Shown: positions 48,501 to 62,938 of the stretch, piece after piece
Position numbering within the stretch: position 1 is the stretch's first letter
Layout: each line of letters starts with the position of its first letter
Source: Laetmonice hystrix
Lineage: Eukaryota
Reading direction: 5' to 3'
NCBI GenBank assembly: GCA_965235115.1
Contig: OZ249436.1
Location: forward strand, 35,342,001 to 35,406,000
Length of the DNA stretch: 64,000 bases
Translations under genes and position numbers: made by a program
Notes under the pieces: model-generated
The model's input: only the letters and a program-made list of their open reading frames with translations
What the model was told of the DNA's origin: nothing
Database searches by the model: none

Positions 48501-51500
48501 AAAGTGATGCACGTAGAGTTGTGTATCATAGTGAATCACTTACTGAGGGTGAAATCCATGAAAATTGGAATAATCCAGATAGTCCAAAGTGGGTCAGAGT
48601 GAGCAACTTTGAATATGGTACAACCTGGGTAAGTATTTCAAAATGTATACCAAAGCTGGGAAACTAACAATTCTATTTCCTCTGATTGCTTCTGGCCTAA
48701 TATATATCAGAGGGCATGAAAATATATCCATGTTCAAATTATTGTTTCATAAAACCACTTGTTGCTTTGCAGCAAGATCTTTATAATATCTTTGAAGGCT
48801 TCGGTGTCCTTAGAGTGAATATGCTCAACAACGTCCCCCCAAAGAGGTAAGTCAGAAGGGGAAATACATTTTCACCATCATGTGTCTGGGCGATGAGTAA
48901 CGAGTAAGATTTTCTTATCCCTGTTAACAATAATCAGATTAAGAAAATTTCGGATATGCCAAATCAGTTTTTACTGTGTCTAGTTGCTTTTTGTAAATAG
49001 GTTATGTACCTGATGACTGTTCTCATATATCCGTGAAAGAACAAATTTATATGAATATCATTTGTTTAAAGCTAAGATTTGTATCTTAGAAGTGTGGCAG
49101 TTGTGCGCGTGAAAAACTTAGAGTGTGCGTGTGCCCTGCTGGACCTGCATATGGCTGAGCTTGGGGGACGGATGCTCCTCGTGACCTGGAATACACCCTC
49201 GGCTCGTGCTGAGATAGAGTACGGGCCTAGGGAAAACCTTACCTGCAAGGTCAATGTTGACAAGGAAGAAGGTCAGTCGAATGACTGCTTTGTTATGTGG
49301 TTTTAGGGTGTCCACGATCCAAAGACATTATCCAAAGACATCAATAGCTGTCTCTTGATAATCATGGGTGTTCTGATTTCCTCCACCAGTAAAACTGACT
49401 AATTCAAGATGGCCTGGTGCTTGTGGAAATCAAATCCAGCTTTCCATTGTGTATTATGTGTACAACAGCGTGCCGCTGACATACCATATTTATGTCGATG
49501 CATGACGAGGCCAGTAGACAGGCAGTTAACATAGAGAAAAGGCAGCAAGTCAGAAATCTTGTGATACTTGATGACCTCCTGTTGACTTTCAGACATGCCC
49601 GTGAGACAGGTGTTCAGGAGTTCAGGTGAGTGGCATGCTAAAGCTCAGAATATGTTCAGCCTTTTAGGATTTGCCACCTGTGATGCCAATTTCAACTTTG
49701 ACTACAGTACAGAGTTCTAGAGTAATTTATTTTATACATGGAGTTATTTGCACAATGTATTTGTGTCTTATGTGATTGACAAGGAGGCATAAAAGTTGGT
49801 AGTTTTACCTTTAATTCAAATCACAAGGGATGGCATAAAGAATAAATGAGAGAGTTTTGGTAGCACATAGATTGAGTTCTTTACCATCATTATTTGGGCA
49901 TTATTTGAACTGATTCAGATCCATTGACTATCAGAAAGAATGTGAGCCTGTTGGAGGACAGTGATGAGGAGAGTGTCGAGGATCTCGTCCCCAGCAAAAC
50001 ATGTGAAGAAAAAAGTACTGGTAAGTCCCAGTGCTCCTAACCATGATCAGCTAGATGACTACTGCTTTGATGGCATTTCAGTCAAAAACCTTTTGTTGTC
50101 AGCTAAGGGAGGCCATAATGTGACATGTTACAGTCCAGGACACTGCTGATATGATGTTGCTGAAGCTGGTAAAGCGGGCAAACTCTGCATGCTGCCTGGG
50201 ATGTCGACCTTGGTGTCCTGCAGACCTTGACTCGTGCGTGGTGGAGATGGTCCTCACCTACGTCATCAGTAATTCTTACATCTGGGCACAGATCAAATCA
50301 AAATCCACAGTAAGTTATCAGTGTTTTGCAAAAAGCAGTAGTGATGTTTCTGCTGTTCACCCATATTTTCCCAGTGTTCTGTCCAAAAGTAAAGTTAGTA
50401 GATTATTCTCCAGTCAGACCTTGTTTATGAGTGTATTCAGATTGCAATGTACAGGGTTAAAAAAACATGGATTAATGAGATCTGACTGTATATTTTGAAA
50501 CTAATTCTCCAGGAATCAGAGCTACAATGGCTGGTAAATACGTGCTATGAGTTAGCGGATGGGTCAGTGCTTCAACCGTATGATCCCGGGAGCCCATCGT
50601 GTGCAGCACAGTATGATGGAGCATGGTACAGGTGAGTAGGGTTTTATTTACGGTATTAAAAACCTAAGTACCTGCTTGGTGGAGTACTGTATTAGATATA
50701 CAGAGTTAGTTCCATGTTTAGTGCTCTCTTGGTAGGGAGGTACAGACTCGAGGTTTGTTGTAAATAACATACATGTACCGGTACCTGTATGTGATCCAGG
50801 CCTCGAATGTCGAACCCAGACGCCCGGGAGAACCAAAATTTCTGTCTACCAAACCTTACCTGTCAAAAATGTGATCCCAGAGGTGCCCGGCTGGGCTACT
50901 GACCAGGGCTTAGCCTTACGATAGTGTGTGTATCAGCGTAAATACCCTGACATTCTAGCAAAATACGTGGGGGGGGGGGGGAGTTCGAGAGGGAGTGGCC
51001 CTGGCTTGTAAGCAAAGGGCACAAAATACGCCCATACCTTTGAAGGTGGGTGAACAGTATGCACATGGGGATACAGACGGTTGTACTTTATGCCCTCCCA
51101 TTTAATATTATCTAAAGCTCTGACTGACCCTGTGTCTGGAGGGTCATTCAGTTAGCTTGGAGACGCACTGAAGCTGCCTTCTACGTGCTTATAGCGTATT
51201 AATTGTATCACAGTGCAGCAAAAATAATGGGCAACCACACATAATCTCGGGCTACCACCAAACTATGAATCAGAGTGATCAGAGCCCAGTGGGCTACCAT
51301 GCTTTGGCAAGATTTTTCGAGGTCTAAGTCAGGAACTTCCTAACTGATATTCTGTGTGTTAAATGTTTAATGGTCACCCGAGTGACACTTAGTTCATTTG
51401 GTGATTATTTCAGAGGCTGGGTACAGTCAATCCACAAGGGCAAGGCATCGGTGTTCTTTCTGGACTATGGTAACATTGAGCAAGTAGAAGTTACATCACT

Positions 51501-52341
51501 GAGGGGCTTGCCCCGAAAGTACTGGCGTTATCGTCCCCAAGCCTGGCCAGTCAGTGTTATATGTACGTATTCTGTGTCTTGTTATCTGCTTCAATGGCAA
51601 GGAAGTTCAGATTTCATACAGCCTTAAGATACAGGTACTGGTAGTATAAATATATGTAAGAGAATGACTGTAAAGCTTGCTTTTTAGCAACAGCGCAGTG
51701 TCTCATTGAAACAAAAATGTTATAGTATTTAATCATAAAGTTGATTTCATTGAGCCAGTAATGATTGTTCTACTTTGTGCTCCTTCAGCTTCCATTTTTG
51801 AAGATTTACATTCTATGGAGACACAGAAAGTCGTTGGAAGGGTCCTGAACTATGATCAGGAGGTAAGTCATTTGGCTAAATGCTAATTTATACAACACTG
51901 GCTGTGTTATCATATTGGTCATTCCCTGAGGTCAGGGAACTCGCAAGAAAGTGAGAAAATGTTTCATACCTTTTTGCACGTTGAAACCAATATGGCACTA
52001 AGAGTGCACCATTGCACTGCAGCTAGCAATTTTAAGCTTATATTCTGCATTTTTTCTTTAAAATTGTGGCCACTGTCTGTACTCTTAAGCGATTCTTGAA
52101 AAACTTCAGTATTGCATTGTCAGATGAAAGGAAAATATAGGGGGGGGTCTTACCCGAGTGCAGGTTTGAGAGATAGGTAGCTAGACCCCTGAGAAAAATT
52201 AAAAATAAATTACTTCACAAATATTAAAGCCGATTGCTTGAAACCACCCCATGAAAGTGACGTCACAACATTGACTTACAGGATGGAATCGTTCACATGC
52301 GCATCACAGGAGTGAGTATACATCTTTACTCTCCAATGTAG
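42515..52341 (+). CDS. LOTUS (OST-HTH) + three RRM + Tudor domain protein, about 17 coding exons (first 42515-42696; last coding exon uncertain, stop at 52341 or ~52529)
   Basis: LOTUS: IRSVLISNPKGV...F..DFRNLLGEKLYYKKYGFSSLGDFLRAIPDVV. RRM1: ALCFPKQP..FSQIGEI..RYIFVRF. RRM2: PIYVGGLPVGVT..RFMFLEV. RRM3: WVRVSNFEYGTT..LYNIFEGFG..VAVVRV. Tudor: CAAQYDGAWYRGWV..VFFLDYGNIEQV..LRGLP..YWRYRPQA. Exons join in consistent phase. Confidence 0.82.
44932..45490. mobile_element. Kolobok-like MITE in an intron of the LOTUS/Tudor gene
   Basis: TTAA + AGGAAAATATGAGTGTTC ... GAACACTCACATTTCCCT + TTAA. Confidence 0.75.
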
Positions 52342-55300
52342 TTGACAAGTGGTTGGTTGGTTTTCTGGTGCTCCAATCATTCTGGCAAAATAGGAACAAA
52401 ATCTGACCTGAGTCACAGTCACAAATATTGTTCAGTAATTTGTTATGCAGAGCATACACAAGTTATATTTACTTATTCATTTTATTTACCTTTTTCTTTC
52501 TGAATGTTACATTTATGCTCCAGACGTAGCTCACCTTGGATTTACTAGGTAAGGTGGACATAGCAAGTCCAAATGATAGTGATTGTATTGTGCAAAATAC
52601 CAGGATTGCCTCTTCTCGGGCATGGTGTTTGTGGAATGCTGTGTATTATGCTAAAGAAATTGCTCTTCTATTTTGTAAATGGGTGTCAATTAATAACAAG
52701 ATACCATTTCTTTAGCTGAAGTTGATAAACTTCAGGCTTTACTTCACTGTAACTGCACTTCCAATTCCCCTGCCTACTTTCTGAAAGACTAGCAATACCT
52801 GTGGAAAATCCTGGGCTATTGCTAGTTGTTTTGAATCCCGCACATTTTCTGAAACCTTAGTCATACCGGCTGCACTTATTTGCCCACCCCTGTGTGCCCC
52901 CCCCCCCCCCCCAGTCAGTACTGATATGCAATGTAGACAGCGACCTTAGAAAAATCGAAAATTTTGTAACGCTATAGGTCTATGTTGTGTATGAGAGAAA
53001 GCTAGTAATTTGACCATCGTTTTCTTTATGTGTATATTTGTGATCACTCACATAAGGCGACACATTGGGAAGATTGAGAAACCGAGAGGTCTGCCAAATG
53101 GATGACAACAGTGATCAAGGGGGATGTATCAAGCAATATATCACAACAAATCAACTGCTTAGCGAATAGAACGCATTCATTCACACCACCACAGTAGACA
53201 GCGTTTTCTCTGAAGTGTATCGGTCAAAATGTATGAAACTTCTTGCAATGATCGGGTACGGTCTGAGGATGATGCACGTCAAATAGATTTTGAATGTCAT
53301 TCATAATGGCTGCTTGGCAGCCATCTTGAAACGATCACGATTTCGTTCTAATTTGGTGCAAATTGACACACAGAAAATCAGATTGACCTTTCGTTTCACG
53401 CTATTTTCCATGACCTGGAGTGACCTGGAAAGGTCAATCAAGGTCACGCATACGTGTACGTATGTCCGTAACTGGTCATTTCTCAGAAGTGTATTGGTCA
53501 ATTTCTTTGAAACGTTACACAGTCATCAGGCACCGTCTGAAAGTATCTGGGTTACGCCTGATGCCTGTTCATCTTTCACCCTTAGAAGGTCCATCGGGAT
53601 GCATCTTTTAAGTGCCTTCTACCTTCACACCTATTATGCCATAACTACTCTTTGTGATGGATAGAAAGTCATTTATAAATATAGTTTTATTGATTTCCTC
53701 AAACTTAAGTCACCTTCCAATGCATAGGGACAGTCATATCCATATGTTTGAGAGGGAGTAGGTCTTGTTGGGGGCTGTTAAGATCTTGTTATATTATAGA
53801 TAACATGGAGGTAGTTGGGGCTTAGAGCACTAAGGTGGAGGGAATGTATTAAAATTGTCATAAATATGTTATTATCCATAGTATATAGGCAGTGAGATTA
53901 TGTGAAATGTTGTTATTTTAATTGTACACCTTCGGTTAACATTCCTCAACCTTTGCGCTAATAGACACCTGGGCATAAATATGGGCAAATGATTTTCAGT
54001 GACAATGGATTTTTTTTTTTTATGTCGATAACGGCAGTTCAAATTTTTTCATTATCTGACTTCGTAAACCAGGCTAAATTTCTGAGATTGGTCAGTACGT
54101 GTCTGTGTTCCAGCTTCAAAAAAGGGTCCCTTTCTGACTTATAACAAGACATAGAAAGGTACATTGTATACTGTTTCCTCACTGGCCGGAAAGAGTTAAC
54201 CTACCTTCCTTGACTGCTCTATGTAAACCCTTGTCCTTGTATGTTTATTATGTCTTGATTGCAAGGTCCTGTGTCACTCAGTTTATCATAGAGAGAGAGA
54301 GTATTTTAACAGTGAAAGGGTCTGTAAGAAAGGGGTGGTGGTAGTGGTGGTGGATTGGTGGTTTACATCCTATCGGTGCTGGCTATCTTCAGGGTGGCAA
54401 TACTCCTTCTTCTTCACCTCACCCACACCCTTTTTGATAAGTGGAAGGGGTTCTTTTTATAATATAAATATATAAATAAATTAAAAATTAAAAAAGGCAA
54501 GTCGTGGCAAAACTGCTGAAGTTGAAAAAGAAACTAACGATTTGTATGAATCGGTGTAAAAAGCTCTTAAACTGAAATATCTGCCTCGGAATGTTGTTAA
54601 GCAGGCGGGTGCCTATGCAGGGCAGACTGTCTGTGTTCGGACCCACTGCGATACAAAAACGCTCGAAACTTTGTTATAAATTATCGAAAATGATTGAAAA
54701 TTTGCCTATTATTATGTGAACATTATTATTACCCGGCCAAACATGTATTCACGTTATCATGTATCTTACCCTGTAACACTGCATCAACGCAGCGTTACAT
54801 GCCCTACCTTTGATAACCAAGTTAGATACTAGTAGGCATGTGCAGATCAGTGTAGATCTAGACCCTATGTCTGTGCTATAATTGAAACTGTTTGATGCTT
54901 AGACTGATAGAAGGATCTTTTCCAGAAAAACTAATTTAAAATTACAGGTTATTCAGTTTTTATATCACCAGCACTTTGCCCTTTTGATAAAATACATTTG
55001 TTTATAAAGAATGTTATTATGTTTGAGAATTTCTATTTAAGAATTTGATATTATTATATGTAAACACCAAAAACAAACCCAAAAAAACTATGGTGTTGTC
55101 GTCCCTTTAACTTGGGGTAGATAACAATGACCCTTGTGTTTTCAGTTTCCTGGTATCGGAGCCGGTGGCGATGCTGGGCCTCGCCGTTTCTGACGGCACA
55201 AAGAATTCACAAGTTTCCAACTTTACAAACCAGCTGAGATGTGACGTGGCGACTAGAATTGACCGTATTTGGGGTCTTTGTGTTAATTTCACGGTGCTGA

Positions 55301-57799
55301 CGCCAGAAAGTTGTTCTGTTTACCGCAAAGTAGTGGTTTCAGTTTTGGATACTTAACAGGGGTACACACATACCTCAATATTCGCAACTTCAGCTGATTC
55401 GCTAATCAGATAACAGAGAGTTTCAGGCATAACTGAATGACTTAAAGTGAAGGTAAACCTCAGAAAAACTCTAAAATCGGCATGCTTAAAACACCTTTAT
55501 ATGATATTTCGAGTCCATAAGAATAGAGTCCTGCCACTAATTAATTCATTTTGGGTATAATGTTCTTGTGGAATTTGCTGTTAAAATCTGATAGTTCTTA
55601 TTAAATTGTAAAAGACGATCGTCTTTTACTCGGATTTGTTTTAGTTTTCTCGTCATAGGTCACAGAAAAACGATATTTGTGCCTAATTTAGGGTATGAGA
55701 TGACTATATTATCTGTGGTATGTTGGCCAGCAATCAGATGATCATATGAGAGGTCAAACATTTGTCAATACTTTCTGCACGTTATCCTGTTTTACCTTCC
55801 CTGTAATTCTACATACTAAAAGAGTTTTTTTGTGCCTTACGCCTTATACAATATTGCTTACTGTGTAAGACATTTATTTTTGCAATCTTTGGTCTGGAAC
55901 ATACAAATAAGGCAAAGGACAATATATTTGAATAAAGTATGGAGATATCATAGGCCAGGAAAACCGTCTGCAAAGCTCCTTTTCATCTCAGAAATTTTAT
56001 TTTCAAAACTTTTATCTCTAATGTAGAAATAACAACCATTCTTATTCAAGTAAACAGATAAATGGAGCTCAGATATGATTGGTACCAAGACAGGTTTTAA
56101 AATTCCCCGGTTGCCACAGGTCGCTTGTCGGTATATTGGATTATTTCTGTGAGAAATCGCCTTTGCTCTAACTGCTACATTCAGGGATAATAAAAAATCT
56201 AAGAAATCTATGGAATTTCATATTGACAAAATGCAGGTTTGAAAATCCAGGGACATGAGAATTATGACCCAACAGTAATGGATTTTTTATCAAACGCCGG
56301 CGTACGAAACCTGTACCGGAAAAAGATACTCCGACCCCTATCTCATTGACAGTAATGTACACGTACATGGTCTCAAACGGCCCTAGTAGTAGATTTTGTA
56401 TGCGCCGGTATTTTCGATATCCGTAGGGTTTTTGACGTATGTTGCCGAGTGTGAGAAGAGAGTGACCTGTTGAGGGAGATGTTGATGTTGGACGAGTCGT
56501 GTTAAGGAAACGCGGCTTTTTGTTCAATGCTCTTTTTCTTTTGGTTAAAATATTTGCGTCTAATTCAGGCACCTGTCCTGAGCCATTGTAAAATGGCTTA
56601 TAGAGGATTAATTTGACGCTCTGGGTGGATGTTCGACTGAGATGAGTGATAGAGTGTGTTCTGAGTAAACGGCTTTTTTTTATTCAACGAAGCGCACAAA
56701 TGCCAGTGGTATTAGTGCCGTGGTAAATGTTTTTCTCCATAAATAACCAAAGGACCGAGTTGTTTCACATAATTATTGTGCAAGTCTTTTTGCAATGCAA
56801 AGAGAATATAAACTAGAGGCTATAAACTATCCATATAGATGTTGCACATGCTTATAGGTCAAATATCTTCGCAGTGCTAGGACAAATTCTACTGTGAACA
56901 TCCCTATTTTCTTTTGATAGATGCTTAAGTTCGTCATAGTTTTCAAACTGCGTTTCCTGGATTGTTCTGGATAGTTTCCGTGATGACCGGAATGTAATAC
57001 GTATTGTGAGTAGGCAAGTAGCCGACTTTTCACCGGAATACGTCATCGTAATCAGGTGACCACTCTACAGGCAGGGTTTATGTAATGAAGACGCTCTTGG
57101 CAGAGATCAGTAAAGAGTAGCGCTGACGCAACATGTAATTTTTATTTGCTGCGTGGCTCACATCCACTGCTGTTTCTTTACAAAAGTGCACAAACAGTAC
57201 CTGTATTGATGATCATAGTGTATTAACAATCTTTAGATTGCTTTTCCAACATCTTTTTATTTGACAGGGTCGTCGTCAGTTGATTTCATCCTGCTGTAGA
57301 GATACCTAGTGCACCGAGTATAATAATGTTTGTGTTACGATAGTACAGAAGGTGATACCTCGCGGTGATAATCAGTGTATTGACGTCCTGTCGTTTTTTA
57401 AGGTAATAAACAGTGAAATGTCATTTTGTATTGTATACCGCAGAATGTAAGGCATAGGCTTGGTTGCGGATGGGGAGCGCAAAAGTAGACGTTTGGGAAG
57501 GTTTGGTTCACACCTAACTGAAAGTGGTGGCATGAAATATGTACAGGCCTGAAAAAGTACTCCACAGTGTATATTAAATATAAAAATGCTACTCCCCAGT
57601 ATCTATTTTATATTAATTTTTCACTCAGCAGTACATTTTATTGGTACTGCCCAGTACATTTTTCCTATTAAATCGACACTCCCTTATTAACTGCACTTCC
57701 CGCAGTACATATTTTATAGGAATCGTGTACCACCCCCCGTCCCAAACAGAGCAGGCCCCCGTGGGTAGGTCTCCATAAAAAGCCTATAGGCTAGTTTGT

Positions 57800-58480
57800 G
57801 AAATCGTTACTACCCCCGGTTACTCAGCAGTCCTCAGTACATATTTTATATGAGATAGGGTAACTCAGCAGGCCCCGCAGTACATATTTTATATGAAATA
57901 GTTACTACCCCCGGTAACTCAGCAGTCCCCGCAGTACATATTTTATAAGGAATAGTTACTACCCCCGGTAACTCAGCAGTCCTCGCAGTACATATTTTAT
58001 ATGAAATAGTTACTACCCCCGGTAACTCAGCAGTCCTCGCAGTACATATTTTATATGAAAGAGTTACTACCCCCGGTAACTCAGCAGGCCCCGTAGTACA
58101 TATTTTATAAGGAATAGTTACTACCCCCCGGTAACTCAGCAGTCCCTGCAGTACATATTTTATATGAAATAGTTACTACCCCCGGTAACTCAGCAGTCCT
58201 CGCAGTACATATTTTATATGAAAGAGTTACTACCCCCGGTAACTCAGCAGGCCCCGTAGTACATATTTTATAAGGAATAGTTACTACCCCCAGTAACTCA
58301 GCAGTCCTCGCAGTAGTTACTACCCCCGGTAATTCGGCAGTCCTCGCAGTAGTTACTACCCGCGGTAACTGAGGAGGCCCCGCAGTAGTTACTACCCCCG
58401 GTAACTGAGGAGGCCCCGCAGTATAGTTACTACCCGCGGTAACTCGGCAGGCCCCGCAGTACATATTTTATATGAAAAAG
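57800..58480. repeat. Minisatellite, ~54-bp unit (with shortened copies) upstream of the chitinase
   Basis: Tandem atagttactacccccggtaactcagcagtcc.cgcagtacatattttatatgaa. Degenerate copies extend left to ~57590. Confidence 0.95.
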
Positions 58481-59483
58481 TTACACCTCCCAAAACGCAG
58501 CCGTCCTCGGAGTACATAATTTATATGGAATATAAATATGGATAGGCGGCTCTTTTGAACAAATCACCAGTGTCCCTTTTTAGTTGAAATGAAGACTGCC
58601 TGAGAATATACATGTTGTTGGTTAGATGAGAATAGGATGAAGCCTGGACTTTACTATTGTATAGGCGCCGTGCATTCTAAAGATATAGCTGTGCAAACTG
58701 GTCTTTAAAAAAGGACTTTGCAAGTTCAAGCACGGTGAGGGTGGAGGGAGGCGCACGTTTTTGTGAGCATAATAGGAAATAGGTTACATGTATGTTAACT
58801 GTATGAAAAAGACGACATTCGAAGGAGCGCCATTGATTGCCTTCCATACAATTGTTGGCTCAGGCTATAGTATGTCGATTTGAAGTATAGATTTCCTCCG
58901 GAAATGGATCACTTTCTAAACAATAGAGGAAGACACGCAGAGGTAGGCTTACAAATTGCATTTTTCGCTGACCCGGCAACATTGAAAACGTTCTTGCTCA
59001 GGCTTACCGCTCCTGAACTACCACTGACTGGGGGTGTCCTCGCAGCTCTCAGGCACGGCAGTATAGTATAGGATTCCATATATCAGCACTGGCGGATGTT
59101 ATTTTTACCAAGAAAATGCTGGATCCGTGATGTAGAGAGTAGGTTAAAATGGAATAACCCACAGTCATATCCACACCGACGTAAATTCTTTAAGCACCTC
59201 GCGCAAAATAGTTCAGTAGAATCTGTTTGTAGTATATAGTCTACATGTATGTCTATGGCCCCACCTAGCTGTCAGCTATCGCTCGATACGGACCGAGTGC
59301 TAATCAACCACAGGTCAGTCTGACACAATCGTGTACGAATGCACCGGTTAATTCTCACATTTTATTTTTTATAGCTGCAGATCTGGATCTATTTAAGTAT
59401 TTATCGTTGCGAGAACCTAGCTTACATCAAGACGGCACTGAAGTTTGTACCAAATGCAGGATTGACCCGTTCGTCGCTCCGTT

Positions 59484-62400
59484 ATGGCATCTGCAATCCT
59501 GAAGTTGTGTTTGGTGGTGTTTCTTGGACAAGTCGCTTGTGAAGGTTTGGTTCAGAAAATCTTGTATTGATACGCACAGACATATCCCTAGATCTATACG
59601 TTAATGTAGGTACATACACACATTGTGGGCCTATATCAAAAGATCGCAGACAAGAACTATTATAAAACATCCTCATAGATCTATGTGATTACCCCATAAC
59701 TCTTCCTTTGATCGTGTAGAATATGTCCGTGTGTGTTATTACGTGAACTGGGCCCAGTACCGGCCGGCAGCGATCAGGTTCTTGCCTGAAGACATCGATG
59801 TCGACATGTGTACGCATATCAACTACGCCTTCGCTCGCATGGAGGGCAACAGTCTCGCCACCTGGGAATGGAACGACGAGCAATTGTATGTTATAATACG
59901 GATATTCTTCGGATCTTACTGAGAGATTTGTGTATTTTCATTTTTCATAAATTTTGGGGCCTAAGCACAAATCGCAAGAGATCGCCGAATTTGTTAGTCA
60001 TTTTGTACTGACTCCTTCCAGGTACAGGCGAGTTACAGAACTGAAGAAGACGAAACCCAGTTTGAAGGTGCTGCTCTCAGTAGGAGGTTGGGCCTTTGGC
60101 ACTCAGAACATGACACTCATGCTTGCCACCAAAGAGAACAGAACAGAGTTTGTAACAACGTCGATTACCTTTCTGAAAAAACACAGGTTTGATGGTCTCG
60201 ATATGGATTTCGAATATCCCGGACTCCGTGGAAGCCCACCCGAGGATAAGCAGAGGTTTTCAGCTCTTTGTCGGGTAAGGAATCACTTCATGGAGGTCTG
60301 AGAACGGGAGAACATGGTCTTTGATGAAGGGTCGCAGTAACCTGGTATATTTTAATGTGAACCGGTCGCTGTCAACGTAAATAGCCCAATCGCCACCCCT
60401 CCTCCATGCTTATGACTCTGATATACATTATCTCTGCCTATATCGCCGGTAGGCCGTTATCAATAGGCCTCAGAAAATGGCGTGGCGGTCTGCCACTTCG
60501 TGACAGTTTGTAAAAAAAAGTATTTGCCTAATAACTAAATCTGTCTATCACTATCTAGAACAATGCCATACCGTGACTGCAACAGTTTGTAAAGAATGTA
60601 CATGTATTTGCATAATAATTGAATTTGTTTATCCCGGTCTGGAACAATGCCGGACCAGTCTGCTGAGGGTACGGAAAAACGGACGGACTGACGTCAAAAC
60701 TGTGCTATTAATTATACCATTATTTATAATAGGCCTATACCGATCAACATGATATATATATAATAACGTCCCCCATCTATACATTCTCTGCTTTTCCTGC
60801 ATCTCTGGGCCGTTTTCTTTCCTCCGTAACTCATTTTCAGTGCACTTCTCATGAGGACCCACGTAATGCATGTAAATGAATGCTCGTTGTATGTAGGAAC
60901 TGCGCGAAGCGTTCGATAAGGAGGGATTGTTAGTAACGGCTGCAGTAACCGGGAAAAGGGGAGACGTCGAGAAAGCCTATGAGCCGGAGGAAATCGGGAA
61001 GTAGGTGGATTAACGTCTTGTGCAGGATTCATGGGTTTCTGTTTTTATTCATTTATTGAGCCAGGGGCATCAGGCCAGAACGGGGTGGGTGGGGGACTTG
61101 GTCTAGGTCCTAAGGGCAGCCATGGCCTTGAAATATACACTGTAGGCTACCTCCTGTCATTGACAAACCCAAAGGGGTTGCGCAAATGCCCCATCCACCC
61201 TCCACTCCCTGTACCAATCATTATTACCAGCCCGTCGTTAACGAGGAGTTTTGGGCGTTTTCTGAAGTTACCTTTACCTGTTTCTGTGAAGGGCCTTGCA
61301 TTACATCATTATCATGGCGTATGACATGAACACTCACTACGACTCCTATGCTGGCCACAATGCACCCCTGTATGCCCGGGCTGATGAGGAGGGCTACAGG
61401 AAATACCATAACGTGGTAAGGTTGTTGTGTCCACCTCACCATAGGCCCAGGGGGACCATAACATGCAAAGCTTAGACCTTCAGTTGGATTAGAGCATGCA
61501 CTACACTAAATCCGTGGTTACAATAACCCGAATATAAAGGGGACTGATCCAATATAGGGGGTGTTGCCTATTTCAAACATTTGTTTCAATTTGTTATACT
61601 TTTAGATCTAATGTATAGTGAGATTATAGGGCCCACACCATGCTGTTGCTGTTGCAATAGCCCTTATATAGGCCTACCAATTTGCCTATGCATGTGGATT
61701 CTAGCATTATGTCTCTGCTAGATTTAGGGCATGTATAGGACTACTGTATAGGCTAAATGATGCTGCATCGCTAATGGTGTACACCGTTCAGGACTGGGCG
61801 GCAAACTACTGGGTGAAGGGAGGCGTCCCAAGAAACAAGCTGGTGATTGGGATGCCCACGTACGGCCGAGCCTACCAACTATCGGGCACCAACACGGAGC
61901 CAGGTGCGCCTATCGACGGGCCAGCCACCCCCGGCCCGTACACCCGAGACCCGGGAATCTGGGCGTATTTTGAGGTAAGGGGCGCCATACGTGGCTCCGG
62001 TGAGTTCTCCCGCCAAAATTCTCTGGTAGCTACGATACTTTTACGTTAGAACATTATCCTTGGCAGATGTGTTTCTGCTTTTTTCTCTCTTTACTAGATC
62101 TGCGAATTGATTGGAAATGGAACTTTAACTACGAGAGTCTTTGACAAAGAACTTCAAGTTCCGTATGCTTACGGTAACGTTGGTGAGAAGATGGAATGGG
62201 TTGGCTACGATGACTTGGAAAGTTGTGTATGCAAGGTAAGAAGCGCGCCTGAAAAGAAAGTTTGCATGCACATTGTGTGCACGTAATGTCTCTTCATGCA
62301 CCTGACGTATAAAATCACACATACAACGCACAAGCACAATAGACGAATCGTTACATGTAATTGATTGTATGCACACCGTGTGATATTTTTACTATTATTA

Positions 62401-62938
62401 TTTCGTTTACAGATTCATTGGTTGAAAGAGATGGAGTTTCTTGGAGTTATGACGTGGGAACTCGGTCTAGATGATTTCAAGGGCGAGTTTTGTGGCGGGA
62501 AGAAATATCCTCTCCATGCATGCATGCGAGACCAACTCGAATCGTATGTGGTCTTACATGGTTTTTGTGTGTGCAGAATCACCCCGGCTAATCAGTGATA
62601 AATAACAGTTGAAACCAGTATAGACCATTCGGGAAGGACAGCAAGTTGTATAATAATGATTTTATATGTAAATTGACTGGATAAGATCTAATGATACATC
62701 ATTTATCTTTATATGGAGATGAGTTTTAGTAAGGCAACAATAAGATGTAGTCTGTATTTTATTATTTTATTTATATGGACACGTATAGCAAAACGTCCAG
62801 ATGTTGATGCACGGGAGAATGGTTGGGTCGATCACTGTATCCGTGCATTACTATATACATGTATATTTAAACTAATGGTGTGGGTCGACCTCTGGTTTCA
62901 GGGACGATATCCCTGACGTCAGGCACTGTAACCGGTAG
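59484..62938 (+). CDS. Secreted GH18 chitinase; exons 59484-59544, 59720-59885, 60022-60274, 60897-61000, 61292-61415, 61792-61974, 62098-62235, 62413-62543, 62902-62938
   Basis: Signal-peptide-like [48 protein letters not shown], intact catalytic [44 protein letters not shown]. Confidence 0.93.

Noticed and set aside
49307..49592. Extra exon with in-frame TGA (possible readthrough) in the LOTUS/Tudor gene
   Set aside because: A conventional 33-nt exon at 49593-49625 keeps the frame without recoding.
57800..58480. CRISPR-like appearance (hairpin repeat plus spacer)
   Set aside because: The spacers are themselves near-identical, no cas genes are present and the context is eukaryotic. It is a minisatellite.
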